Below, in pieces: positions 1 through 8,300 of a DNA stretch of 32,000 nt. The notes under the pieces were generated by a model. The model saw only the letters and a list, made by a program, of their open reading frames with translations, was not told the DNA's origin and did no database searches. This DNA is from Sedimentisphaera cyanobacteriorum (GTDB lineage: Bacteria > Planctomycetota > Phycisphaerae > Sedimentisphaerales > Sedimentisphaeraceae), in NCBI RefSeq assembly GCF_001997385.1, contig NZ_CP019633.1, positions 2,310,001 to 2,342,000 on the forward strand. The letters run 5' to 3'. Numbering within the stretch: position 1 is the stretch's first letter; each line of letters begins with the position of its first letter. The translations under genes were made by a program, and so were the position numbers.

Positions 1-1
1 T

Positions 2-3000
2 CAGTGGCTTCTTGGCAGTGATTATCAGCAGATAGTTTTGAATACAAAATATGTTCCTGCTTTGAGTTATTCTCAGGCATCTCAGCTGCCCTATAACGGA
101 AGCCCTGCAGAGCTTTGCAGTCAAATTGAGATAGAGGACTACGATGAAGGAGGAGCGGGTGTCGGGTATTATGATACCAGCACCGGAAACAGCTACGGGC
201 AGTACCGCTCGGACGATGTGGATATTGCAAAAATCTCAGAACTTGAAAACCAGTATGCTGTTATGGGCTCAGCGTCTGAATGGTTGGAATATACTGTTGA
301 AAGCAGGGCAGGTGTATATGATATTTCAGTGCGTGCTGCATGCGCTTATGCCGGCAGAAGCATCACCCTGAAACTGAATGATTCAGAGCTTGCCGAGATT
401 AACCTGCCCGATACAGGCGGCTGGGATGAGTGGCAGATGGTAACCGTTGAAAACGTTGAAATTGCTCAAAGCGGTGCAGGGGTGCTTCGCTTGGAGCTTC
501 AGGGGGGCTTGATGGGGTTAGACCGCCTGCGGTTTATAAATACATCCAAGCCTGCCGATCTAAATGAAGACCAGAGCGTTAATCTTCTTGATGCAGCGAT
601 TTTATCAAATAACTGGAAAAGGTTTGGCCCTTCTTCTTTCAAGGGCAGTCAAACAGAAAACACTTTCAGCCCGGGCAGCCTCGATTACGGAGAACGATAC
701 TATTGGCGCGTTGATGCGGTTACTCCCGCTGAGATTCGCAAAGGGGATCTCTGGGAGTTTGACACTGAAATCTATGTGGATACCGAGAAGCCGGGATGGA
801 AGCTTACATTTCACGATGAATTCAACGGCGCAGATTTAGACTGGCAGAAGTGGGAGAGCGAAAGCGGTTCGCCCGGGCATATCGATTCGAGCCGTTGGCC
901 GGAGAATGCAGTTGTTGAAAACGGCAATTTGCGATTGCTTACCAAAAAAGAGCAACGCGGCGGGAAAGAGTGGACATCAGGCCACATCTGGTCGCGCATT
1001 TTCAAGCAGAAATACGGCTACTGGGAGGCGAGGTATAAGATTGCAGATTCAACAGGGCTTAATAATGCTTTCTGGATGATTGAAACGGGCGATTTTGAGA
1101 TTGATATTGATGAAGGCCATTATCCCGATCAGATGCATACCAACGTTCATAACTGGGCGGGAACCCATTGGGGCGAAGGACATTTGCTGGAAACTGGTCT
1201 CCCGCTCAGCGAGGAGTATCATACTCGCGCCCTCGAATGGACGCCTGAAGAGCTGATTTGGTATTTTGACGGCACGGAAGTTCGGCGCTGGAATTATGAG
1301 ACTAAGGACATCAGTCTTGACAAGCCTGTTGCAGTCCGGTTCAGTACAGCAGTTGTTCAGTGGGCAGGCGAAGTAACAGACGAGTTAGACGGAACTTCCA
1401 TGGATATCGATTACGTTCGAGTTTATGAAAGGTCTAACGAGGCCTTCAACCCATACCCTGAGGATAATGCCGCTGGAATCAGCACTGAGGTGAAGCTTGG
1501 CTGGGAATCCGGGATGCAGACTGCTCAAACCGGCGGACACCATATTTATTTCGGAACCAGCAGGGATGCGGTGCTTAACGCAGATACTCAATCGCCTGAA
1601 TATGCGGGCTGCTCAGATCAGCCGATTTTCGATCCGGGCTCTCTATCTGCCAACACCACTTACTACTGGCGCATAGACCAGACAGACGGCGAGCAGGTAT
1701 GGAAAGGCTTTGTATGGGAGTTTGATACCTGGCAGGACGCCCCGGAAAAGATTGCTCCTGATTCTCTTGAAGCCTTTGCCTCGGGAGTTTCTCAATACGG
1801 AGAACGCGAGCCGATATATGCCGTAAACGGGGCAGGCTTAACAGAAAGCGGGCATACCAATCAGGTGAATGAAAATATGTGGATGACCGACCAGCAGACA
1901 GGCTGGTTCAAGATCGATCTGAATAATCATTTTGACCTCCATCTTTTCGAAATGAAGGTTTGGAATTTCAATATGGCCGGCTATACCGAAAGGGGCGTTA
2001 AGCAGGCAGATATTTATTATTCAGACTCACCCTCAGACCCGGGCAGCCCTGCCGAAAATCCTTCGGCATGGAATATTCTTGCACCAGCCGGCTCTCAGCA
2101 GTTCCCCAAAGCCAGCGGCGAGGATGATTATGATAATCCTGCTGTTATTGAATTTCCGCTAAATGCAAATGCCCGCTGGATTTATTTTGATATAAACAGC
2201 AATCATAATGGTGACAGATACGCAGGATTGAGCGAGATTATGTTTGAAAGGCCGGATTCCATTTCAGTTCAGCAGTTCGGGGCGTATCCTGATGACAGTC
2301 AGGATGATGCGCAGGCTCTTCGCTCGGCTCTGAGCTATGCACGTGAGAATAATATCCGCAGGATTGTTTTTCAGCCCGGCCAGTACGACTTTCGCTCCAA
2401 AGAATCCAGACCGGGCAAAGGGCATGCGAATTTGTTTGCGATGGATCTTCCCGGGCTGATTTTTGAAGGCGCAGTTAATCCGGACGGCAGCCCGGCAGCA
2501 AAAATCGTGCGTCATTACGAATTTTCAAATGACTGGTATCCTACGGCGATTATCCATTTTGAGGGCTGCGACGGTCTTCAGTTTCGCAATTTAATTTTCG
2601 ACAACAGCCCTCAATACTGCACCTCGGGGCAGGTGGTAGAGAAAACCGGCGATTCTGTAACAGTGGAGATATTTGAAGGCCTGCCCTATATCGACAATAC
2701 CCTTTGTTACTGCGCGAATGCGTGGGACTTGGAAACCGGCAGGCTCAAGCATGTTGAGAGCCTCACTTACGGCGGGGATGTTGACAAGAACAAAGATGAG
2801 CTGATTTGGAGAAAAGTTCACGGCGGCAGCGGCAGAAGGGTTCGGCTTGAAAGCGATTATTTCACAGACAAGATTGAAGCGGGCGAGGGCATCTCATGGC
2901 ATTTCGGCTGGCGAGGACTTCAGCTGAAGTTTATTCAATGCGATGATTTATACGTAGAGAATGTAAAAACATTAAATGCCGCAGGATTTGCTATGATCTC

Positions 3001-3871
3001 CAGCAATTGCGAGGACATCTATGCTAAAGACGTTCAGATAAGAGCCGAAGGCGGTCAGCTGCCGGTCGGCCCGCGAGACGGCTGGAAACTCTACGCCTGC
3101 AGAGGCGAAGTTTTGATTGAAGATATGTACTGCGAAGGCGTGCGATGGGACGGTCAGAATGTACACGGGTCTTTCTGCTGGGTAACCGAAAAGCTGGATG
3201 CTCAAACCGTGAAAATGACTAAGAAATTCAGCTCTGCATACCCTATACATCAGGGCACAAAAGTAATCTTGTGGGATAATTCCAACCCGTATGAACTGAC
3301 GGTTCAAACCTCCAGCCTTCAGCGTCTTGAAGACGGAAGCCCCGAATTTACCGTCTCATTCAGTCAGGACATTCCGTCATTTGTAAATGAAGGCACAATA
3401 GCTTCGATATATTCGTGGAACATCGATTCCTACAAGCTGAAAAACTGCGATTTTGCCAAGATTGCCGGAAGCGCAGGGATAATACGAAACGACGGGGCGG
3501 TTTTTGAAGGGTGCAGCTATGATAATATTATGTACCCTGCGCTTGTGCTGGGTGCAAACGTGAATGAGGGTGAAGGCACATTTACCAAGAATGTAACAAT
3601 AAGAAATTCAGCCTTCTCAGACAGCGGCTGGGTTGACCGTCAGAATGCAAAAGGGCTTATAGGGATTCAAACCGGAGGCACATCCCTTTGCTATATGAAC
3701 AACATTCAAATCATTGACAGCAGCTTTGAACAGGCAGAAATCGGCATTGATATCAGCGGAGCGGAGGATGTTCTGATTCAGGGAAACACCTTTCAGGATA
3801 TAGGCCAGCCTTGGAAAATCGATGATGATTCAACCAGCAGTATTGCATTTGAAAACAATAAGATTTATTAA
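2..3871 (+). CDS. Multidomain secreted polysaccharidase, 5'-partial: CBM6 - single dockerin-like repeat - GH16 - F5/8 type C (discoidin/CBM32-like) - right-handed beta-helix (pectate-lyase-3-like) domain
   Basis: The frame is open from nt 2 to the window edge. The TTG at 38 is only the first in-window start, and no signal peptide follows it. CBM6-type motif EDYDEGGAGVGYYDTSTGNSYGQYRSDDVDI. Dockerin/EF-hand-like DLNEDQSVNLLDAAILSNNW (nt ~554-616). GH16 hallmarks DEFNG ... FEIDIDEGH ... DYVRVYE (nt ~800-1430). YYWR..WEFDT modules. Discoidin-like segment ending GLSEIMFE. Beta-helix domain starting FGAYPDDSQDDAQALRSALSYA (nt ~2270-3870). Confidence 0.85.
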   Translation, partial: QWLLGSDYQQIVLNTKYVPALSYSQASQLPYNGSPAELCSQIEIEDYDEGGAGVGYYDTSTGNSYGQYRSDDVDIAKISELENQYAVMGSASEWLEYTVESRAGVYDISVRAACAYAGRSITLKLNDSELAEINLPDTGGWDEWQMVTVENVEIAQSGAGVLRLELQGGLMGLDRLRFINTSKPADLNEDQSVNLLDAAILSNNWKRFGPSSFKGSQTENTFSPGSLDYGERYYWRVDAVTPAEIRKGDLWEFDTEIYVDTEKPGWKLTFHDEFNGADLDWQKWESESGSPGHIDSSRWPENAVVENGNLRLLTKKEQRGGKEWTSGHIWSRIFKQKYGYWEARYKIADSTGLNNAFWMIETGDFEIDIDEGHYPDQMHTNVHNWAGTHWGEGHLLETGLPLSEEYHTRALEWTPEELIWYFDGTEVRRWNYETKDISLDKPVAVRFSTAVVQWAGEVTDELDGTSMDIDYVRVYERSNEAFNPYPEDNAAGISTEVKLGWESGMQTAQTGGHHIYFGTSRDAVLNADTQSPEYAGCSDQPIFDPGSLSANTTYYWRIDQTDGEQVWKGFVWEFDTWQDAPEKIAPDSLEAFASGVSQYGEREPIYAVNGAGLTESGHTNQVNENMWMTDQQTGWFKIDLNNHFDLHLFEMKVWNFNMAGYTERGVKQADIYYSDSPSDPGSPAENPSAWNILAPAGSQQFPKASGEDDYDNPAVIEFPLNANARWIYFDINSNHNGDRYAGLSEIMFERPDSISVQQFGAYPDDSQDDAQALRSALSYARENNIRRIVFQPGQYDFRSKESRPGKGHANLFAMDLPGLIFEGAVNPDGSPAAKIVRHYEFSNDWYPTAIIHFEGCDGLQFRNLIFDNSPQYCTSGQVVEKTGDSVTVEIFEGLPYIDNTLCYCANAWDLETGRLKHVESLTYGGDVDKNKDELIWRKVHGGSGRRVRLESDYFTDKIEAGEGISWHFGWRGLQLKFIQCDDLYVENVKTLNAAGFAMISSNCEDIYAKDVQIRAEGGQLPVGPRDGWKLYACRGEVLIEDMYCEGVRWDGQNVHGSFCWVTEKLDAQTVKMTKKFSSAYPIHQGTKVILWDNSNPYELTVQTSSLQRLEDGSPEFTVSFSQDIPSFVNEGTIASIYSWNIDSYKLKNCDFAKIAGSAGIIRNDGAVFEGCSYDNIMYPALVLGANVNEGEGTFTKNVTIRNSAFSDSGWVDRQNAKGLIGIQTGGTSLCYMNNIQIIDSSFEQAEIGIDISGAEDVLIQGNTFQDIGQPWKIDDDSTSSIAFENNKIY

Positions 3872-3978
3872 TGCACAGGACGTGATAGACAGGGCGGTCT
3901 GAAAAGTAGCAGAAAGGCTCAGACTGAGTGAATTTAACTTTGTAAAAATCTAAATGAATAATTATAAGAGAGGCTATA

Positions 3979-6594
3979 ATGAAACGATTTACCAAAACAG
4001 CAATTCTTATGCTTTTTCTCTGTCAAACAGCAGGCATCTGCCTTGCAGGTTTTGCAGATACTGGGCAGGCGGAACTCTCTCTCAACGGCGAATGGCATTT
4101 TAAGACAGACCCTGAAAAATCTGCCGAATCGGAAAAATGGCATAAGCCCGAATTCGATGCAGGCAGCTGGGACAAACTCTCCGTCCCCGGCAGCTGGGAT
4201 ACATACAATGACTATGCTCAGTATGTCGGTCAGGCTGTGTACAGGCGAAGCTTCAAAACCCCCGAGGGCTGGAGCAATGCTAATGTAAGGCTGAAGTTTG
4301 GAGCTGTTTATCAGAAAGCGTCTGTATATCTCAACGGACGCTGCATCGGCAGGCATACCGGCGGCTACACCCCCTTTGATTTCCCTGTAGGAAACATCCT
4401 CGAGACAGAGAAAGACAATGTGCTTGCGGTAATAGCAGACAATACCTATAACCGCGGTGCATGGTGGAACTGGGGCGGAATCAGCAGGGATGTAACGCTG
4501 ATACGCAATAATCCTGTGAGGATTAAAAGGCAGCAGATCCAAACCGATATTGACCTCGACAGTAATACCGCTGAGGCTGATGTAAGCATCACAGTTACCA
4601 ACGAAGGATTAAAGGATAAGCAGGTTAAAATCTCTTCCAGTATAAGATCAGACCAAACCGCTGTTTTGAAATGGGAGTCTTCTAAAACTGCCGTCAAAAC
4701 GAAAACCTTTGAATTGAAAGCTTATCAAACAAAAACAGAAACCCTCAAATTTAAGCTCTCAGGCGAAAATTTCAAACTCTGGCATTTCGATACGCCTTAT
4801 CTTTACATCTGCGAATCGGAAATTGCAGATAAAAACAAAATCTGCCATACCGCCACAGACCGTTTCGGCGTGCGAAAAATAGAAACCAAAGGCACAAAAA
4901 TTCTGCTCAACGGCGAGCACATCCGGGCAAACGGTTTTAACCGCATCTGCGACCACAGGACTTGGGGCAGTACAGAGCCGGATGAGTTTGTTAAAAAAGA
5001 AGCCGATCTTCTCAAATCCAACGGATGCGTTCTGGCCAGACTCTCCCATGTGCCCATATCAGAGAATATGCTGGATTACCTCGACCAGATCGGAATGCTT
5101 ATTATCGAAGAAATCCCTGTATGGGGTTCTGAAGACCCTCAGGTTTACGAGGATAATCCGATTACACGTGCTTGGCTGAGGGAAATGATTTATCGTGATT
5201 ACAATCACCCCTCCATCATCGGATGGAGCGTGGCAAACGAGCTGGGAATAGTTGTTGACGGCAGATGGGAGAAGCGTTTTGCTTCTCATCAATTTGCCTA
5301 CGTTCGTTCGATGCTGGATTATATCCGTGATGAGCTCGATTCCACACGACTGCTTACTTATGTGAGCAACAGCGTGTTCCGTGATATCGCCACGCGGGAA
5401 AACGACCCTGCCTCAATATGCGATGTGATCAATGTAAACTGCTATGGAAATGCTTCCGAGCAGGTCGCCGAGGTGCACAGGAAATGGCCGGATAAGCCTG
5501 TGCTTGTTTCCGAGTTTGGAAAGGGGCAGATTGGTTTGAACTTAAACGATTCAGTCCTGAAAGACAAGCTCTTCCCTTTTATGGAAGACTTTCGCAATAA
5601 ACACGATTATGTGGCCGGCTGGTCGTGGTGGTCGTTCAATGATTACCGCAGCCGATATCGGGGAACGCCCGTTTCTCAAAACAGGGCATGGGGGTTTTAT
5701 AATGTTTGGCGGCAGCCAAAACGCGCTCTTGAACAGATTAAACCCCAGCATTCGCCGGTTGATAAGCTCGAAATCCGCCCTAGCGGCAATTCAGGCAAGG
5801 CAGTTATCACGCTTGAGCCCCGAGATAAAGTTGATATCCCGTCTTTCACTCTTCACGATTACAAACTGCATTGGTCGAAGCGTGAGATGGACGGTTCAAA
5901 GGCGAAAGATGGCAGGATCGAGCTGCCTGAGATAAAGCCCGGGTCTAAAACCCTAACCTTCACTGTCGATTCGATAGGTTCTCTTGAAGATATGCTCAGT
6001 ATTAACGCTGCTCTGAAAACCGCAACAGGGCATACCGTGTTTGAAGCAGTGCATTCGGTAAATCCGCCTGAAGCTCCGGAGATTGCAAATGTATTCGGGG
6101 CCAAGGGCAAGGTTCGGGTTGAATTTACCCCCGTCCCGGGAGCGGAGAGTTATGAAGTTATGCTTATCGACCAGCAGGGAAATGCAAAAACTAAAAATCC
6201 GACAAGCTGGTTTTGCGATTTTACGCAGCTGAAAGAAGGCAAAACCTTCAGCGCAGCAGTGAAGAGCATAAATGCAGCTGGAAGCAGCGAGGGCTCTAAG
6301 GAAAGAATGGTTAGGGCATCTGGGCCTCTGCTCCCGCCTGTAATCTGGAAAGCAGTTAGTATCCCAAACGGATTTATGGTGGGTTACGGTGTTACTGAAG
6401 ATGATAAAACCTTCACTCTCGAAGTAACGAATTTGCAGGACAACAGCAGGACAGTAATGGATGGCCTGCAGCTCAAGGGAGCCGCAGCTGTAAGAAACCT
6501 TGATGCGGGCAGATACAGATACCGCTTGAGACGGGATAACAATAACGGCTTAAGCCAGTGGTCTGCGCCTCGGGAAATAGAGGTTTGCAAATAG
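3979..6594 (+). CDS. Glycoside hydrolase family 2 (beta-galactosidase/beta-glucuronidase-like) with C-terminal Fn3/Ig-like repeats
   Basis: 871-aa ORF with an AGAGAGG SD-like sequence upstream. Signal peptide MKRFTKTAILMLFLCQTAGICLAGFA. GH2 motifs NGEWHF...SVPGSWD, WWNWGGISRDVTL, NHPSIIGWSVANELG (acid/base NE) and VLVSEFG (nucleophile E). Confidence 0.9.
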   Translation: MKRFTKTAILMLFLCQTAGICLAGFADTGQAELSLNGEWHFKTDPEKSAESEKWHKPEFDAGSWDKLSVPGSWDTYNDYAQYVGQAVYRRSFKTPEGWSNANVRLKFGAVYQKASVYLNGRCIGRHTGGYTPFDFPVGNILETEKDNVLAVIADNTYNRGAWWNWGGISRDVTLIRNNPVRIKRQQIQTDIDLDSNTAEADVSITVTNEGLKDKQVKISSSIRSDQTAVLKWESSKTAVKTKTFELKAYQTKTETLKFKLSGENFKLWHFDTPYLYICESEIADKNKICHTATDRFGVRKIETKGTKILLNGEHIRANGFNRICDHRTWGSTEPDEFVKKEADLLKSNGCVLARLSHVPISENMLDYLDQIGMLIIEEIPVWGSEDPQVYEDNPITRAWLREMIYRDYNHPSIIGWSVANELGIVVDGRWEKRFASHQFAYVRSMLDYIRDELDSTRLLTYVSNSVFRDIATRENDPASICDVINVNCYGNASEQVAEVHRKWPDKPVLVSEFGKGQIGLNLNDSVLKDKLFPFMEDFRNKHDYVAGWSWWSFNDYRSRYRGTPVSQNRAWGFYNVWRQPKRALEQIKPQHSPVDKLEIRPSGNSGKAVITLEPRDKVDIPSFTLHDYKLHWSKREMDGSKAKDGRIELPEIKPGSKTLTFTVDSIGSLEDMLSINAALKTATGHTVFEAVHSVNPPEAPEIANVFGAKGKVRVEFTPVPGAESYEVMLIDQQGNAKTKNPTSWFCDFTQLKEGKTFSAAVKSINAAGSSEGSKERMVRASGPLLPPVIWKAVSIPNGFMVGYGVTEDDKTFTLEVTNLQDNSRTVMDGLQLKGAAAVRNLDAGRYRYRLRRDNNNGLSQWSAPREIEVCK

Positions 6595-6686
6595 GATTGG
6601 GCAGCCGGCCAAACAGAGCTGTTCTAAACGTTTATCGGATGATTAAATCTGAGAGGCAGATTCAGGTGATTATTTCATTTGCATTG

Positions 6687-6726
6687 GCAGGTTCTCAGGC
6701 TGAAAGCTTATTCAGCCTGCACCTGC
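6687..6726. terminator. Strong hairpin between convergent GH2 and regulator genes (no U-tract)
   Basis: GCAGGT-tct-CAGGCTGAA-agctta-TTCAGCCTG-c-ACCTGC gives 15 paired positions. It lies 18 nt past the regulator stop and 93 nt past the GH2 stop. Neither side has a T-run, so assigning it as a terminator is tentative. Confidence 0.4.
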
Positions 6727-6743
6727 CTTATAGCTTTGAGATT

Positions 6744-7901
6744 TTATCTGCTTCCGAACTTCTTCCTGTATGCCAGAGGAGACATACCCATATGCTTCCG
6801 GAAGCTTCTGGCAATGTGTTTGTCGCTTGAATACCCCATAACTTCTGAGATCTCAGAAATTGAGAAGTTTGTTTCCAGCAGCATCTGCAATATTTGATTT
6901 ATATGTGTTAGGTTGATTTCTTCAAGAATGGAACGGTTCAGGATTTTACGAAAGCGGTTTTCCAAAACTCTTCTTGAGATGCTGGTTGCTTCTGCCACAT
7001 CATCAACCTGTATGAGTTTTCTGCTGTTGTTTCTGATGTAGTTTATAGCGCTTGCTACCTCAGAATCTTCTATCGCCAGAATGTTCGTTGATTGCCGCGT
7101 AACGATATGGGTTGGTTTTACGATAATCTCATCTTCGCATTCTGTTTTGTCAACCATCATCTTATCGAGCAGCTTGGCAGCCTCAAAGCCTGCACGTTCG
7201 GAGTTCAGAGCAATGCTGGAAAGAGGCGGGTCGGAGAGCTCGCATACATGCTCGTCGTTGTCGATCCCCAGCACAGCCACTTCTTCGGGCACATGGATAT
7301 CGGCAAATTTGCCCGCTTCAATTACCTGCCTTGCACGGTCATCGTTACAGGCCAAAACAGCGATAGGTTTGGGCAGTGATTCGAGCCATTCGGCCATAAT
7401 AGGCTGCTCTTTTTCCCAAGAAAGCCAAGAACCCCTCTTGGGCTGAGAGTATATGGTTATATTTGCAGAAGCCTTTTTTATCATTTTGGCAAAATATTCA
7501 CCCCGCATAACAGACCACTCCGCTGAGTCGAATCCGCAGTAGGCGAAATTCTTGTATCCCCTCTCCAGCAAATGGTTTGCTGCCATCTGAGAGATTTTTT
7601 CCAGATCAGAGCTGATATGCGGGTAGCCGGCTATTTTAATCCCTCGGGTAATCACGGGAATGCCCAGCTTCATAATCAGCTGTTTGTTTTTGGGCGTGGG
7701 GTTGTGGGCGATAATCCCGTTGGCTTTCCAGTCTTTGAGTTTGGGGATTATCTTCAGCCTGCGCTGAATATCCGGTTCGCTGTAAAATGCCCAGCGGGTT
7801 CGGCTCTGAAAACGGGCATATTTGGAGATTCCCCTTGCCAGCTCTCTGTCCAGGGCTCGAGCCATTTCTAAAAGCAGAATTACATAATTAACATTCGGCA
7901 T
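6744..7901 (-). CDS. XylR-like hybrid transcriptional regulator (periplasmic-binding-protein/LacI-type sugar-sensor domain + C-terminal AraC-type HTH)
   Basis: The C-terminal AraC HTH segment runs INYIRNN...VDDVAEATSISRRVLENRFRK...GMSPLAYRKKF. The N-terminal PBP-like fold begins NYVILLLEMARALDRELARGISKYAR. The ORF track starts at 7919 (MFTFNF), but the ATG at 7901 (MPNVNY...) matches the usual family N-terminus better. Confidence 0.9.
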   Translation of the reverse strand: MPNVNYVILLLEMARALDRELARGISKYARFQSRTRWAFYSEPDIQRRLKIIPKLKDWKANGIIAHNPTPKNKQLIMKLGIPVITRGIKIAGYPHISSDLEKISQMAANHLLERGYKNFAYCGFDSAEWSVMRGEYFAKMIKKASANITIYSQPKRGSWLSWEKEQPIMAEWLESLPKPIAVLACNDDRARQVIEAGKFADIHVPEEVAVLGIDNDEHVCELSDPPLSSIALNSERAGFEAAKLLDKMMVDKTECEDEIIVKPTHIVTRQSTNILAIEDSEVASAINYIRNNSRKLIQVDDVAEATSISRRVLENRFRKILNRSILEEINLTHINQILQMLLETNFSISEISEVMGYSSDKHIARSFRKHMGMSPLAYRKKFGSR

Positions 7902-8022
7902 AAAATTGAAAGTGAACAAATATCAAAAACTGTTTATAAAGCCTGATTTTTTATTATATTAAAAAATTTATACGAGTAAAATTTTTGGCAGAAAAATGCT
8001 GAATCTGTTTGCTGATTTCTGC

Positions 8023-8038
8023 TTATCCTGTTATCCTG
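8023..8038. repeat. Tandem octamer TTATCCTG x2 in the divergent regulator/sulfatase intergenic region
   Basis: Direct reading: gcTTATCCTGTTATCCTGtttt. Any function as a candidate operator is unproven. Confidence 0.3.
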
Positions 8039-8300
8039 TTTTCCGCTTCATTAAGAATAGGGAATATTATCTGCAAGATTATTTTTGCAGCAGCCGGCTC
8101 TTGACTGCTGGGAGAATTCCGATAATCCGGCCTGCGCCTTTTTTTAAGATTCACCTGCTTTTCAATTTCAAATACCCAATGCCGGCGAATTTTTGGGGAA
8201 ATTATTCTCAATTTCTTACATACCTTAATGTAAGGGATTATTTTCCCTGCTTTAATCCTGTAAGCTGAAGATTAAATTATTCAAAAATGTGAGGCGACTT

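Noticed and set aside
3934-4542. Long antisense or alternate-frame ORFs in the track: 3934-4542, 8727-9413, 11211-11657, 15770-16234, 16389-16961, 17128-17544, 19034-19561, 20739-21161, 28499-29005, 28651-29184, 29516-30151 and 30809-31276.
   Set aside because: Each lies entirely within, or shadows, a much longer ORF that has clear family motifs. Their translations are low-complexity or Cys/Arg/Ser-rich with no recognisable motifs or RBS.
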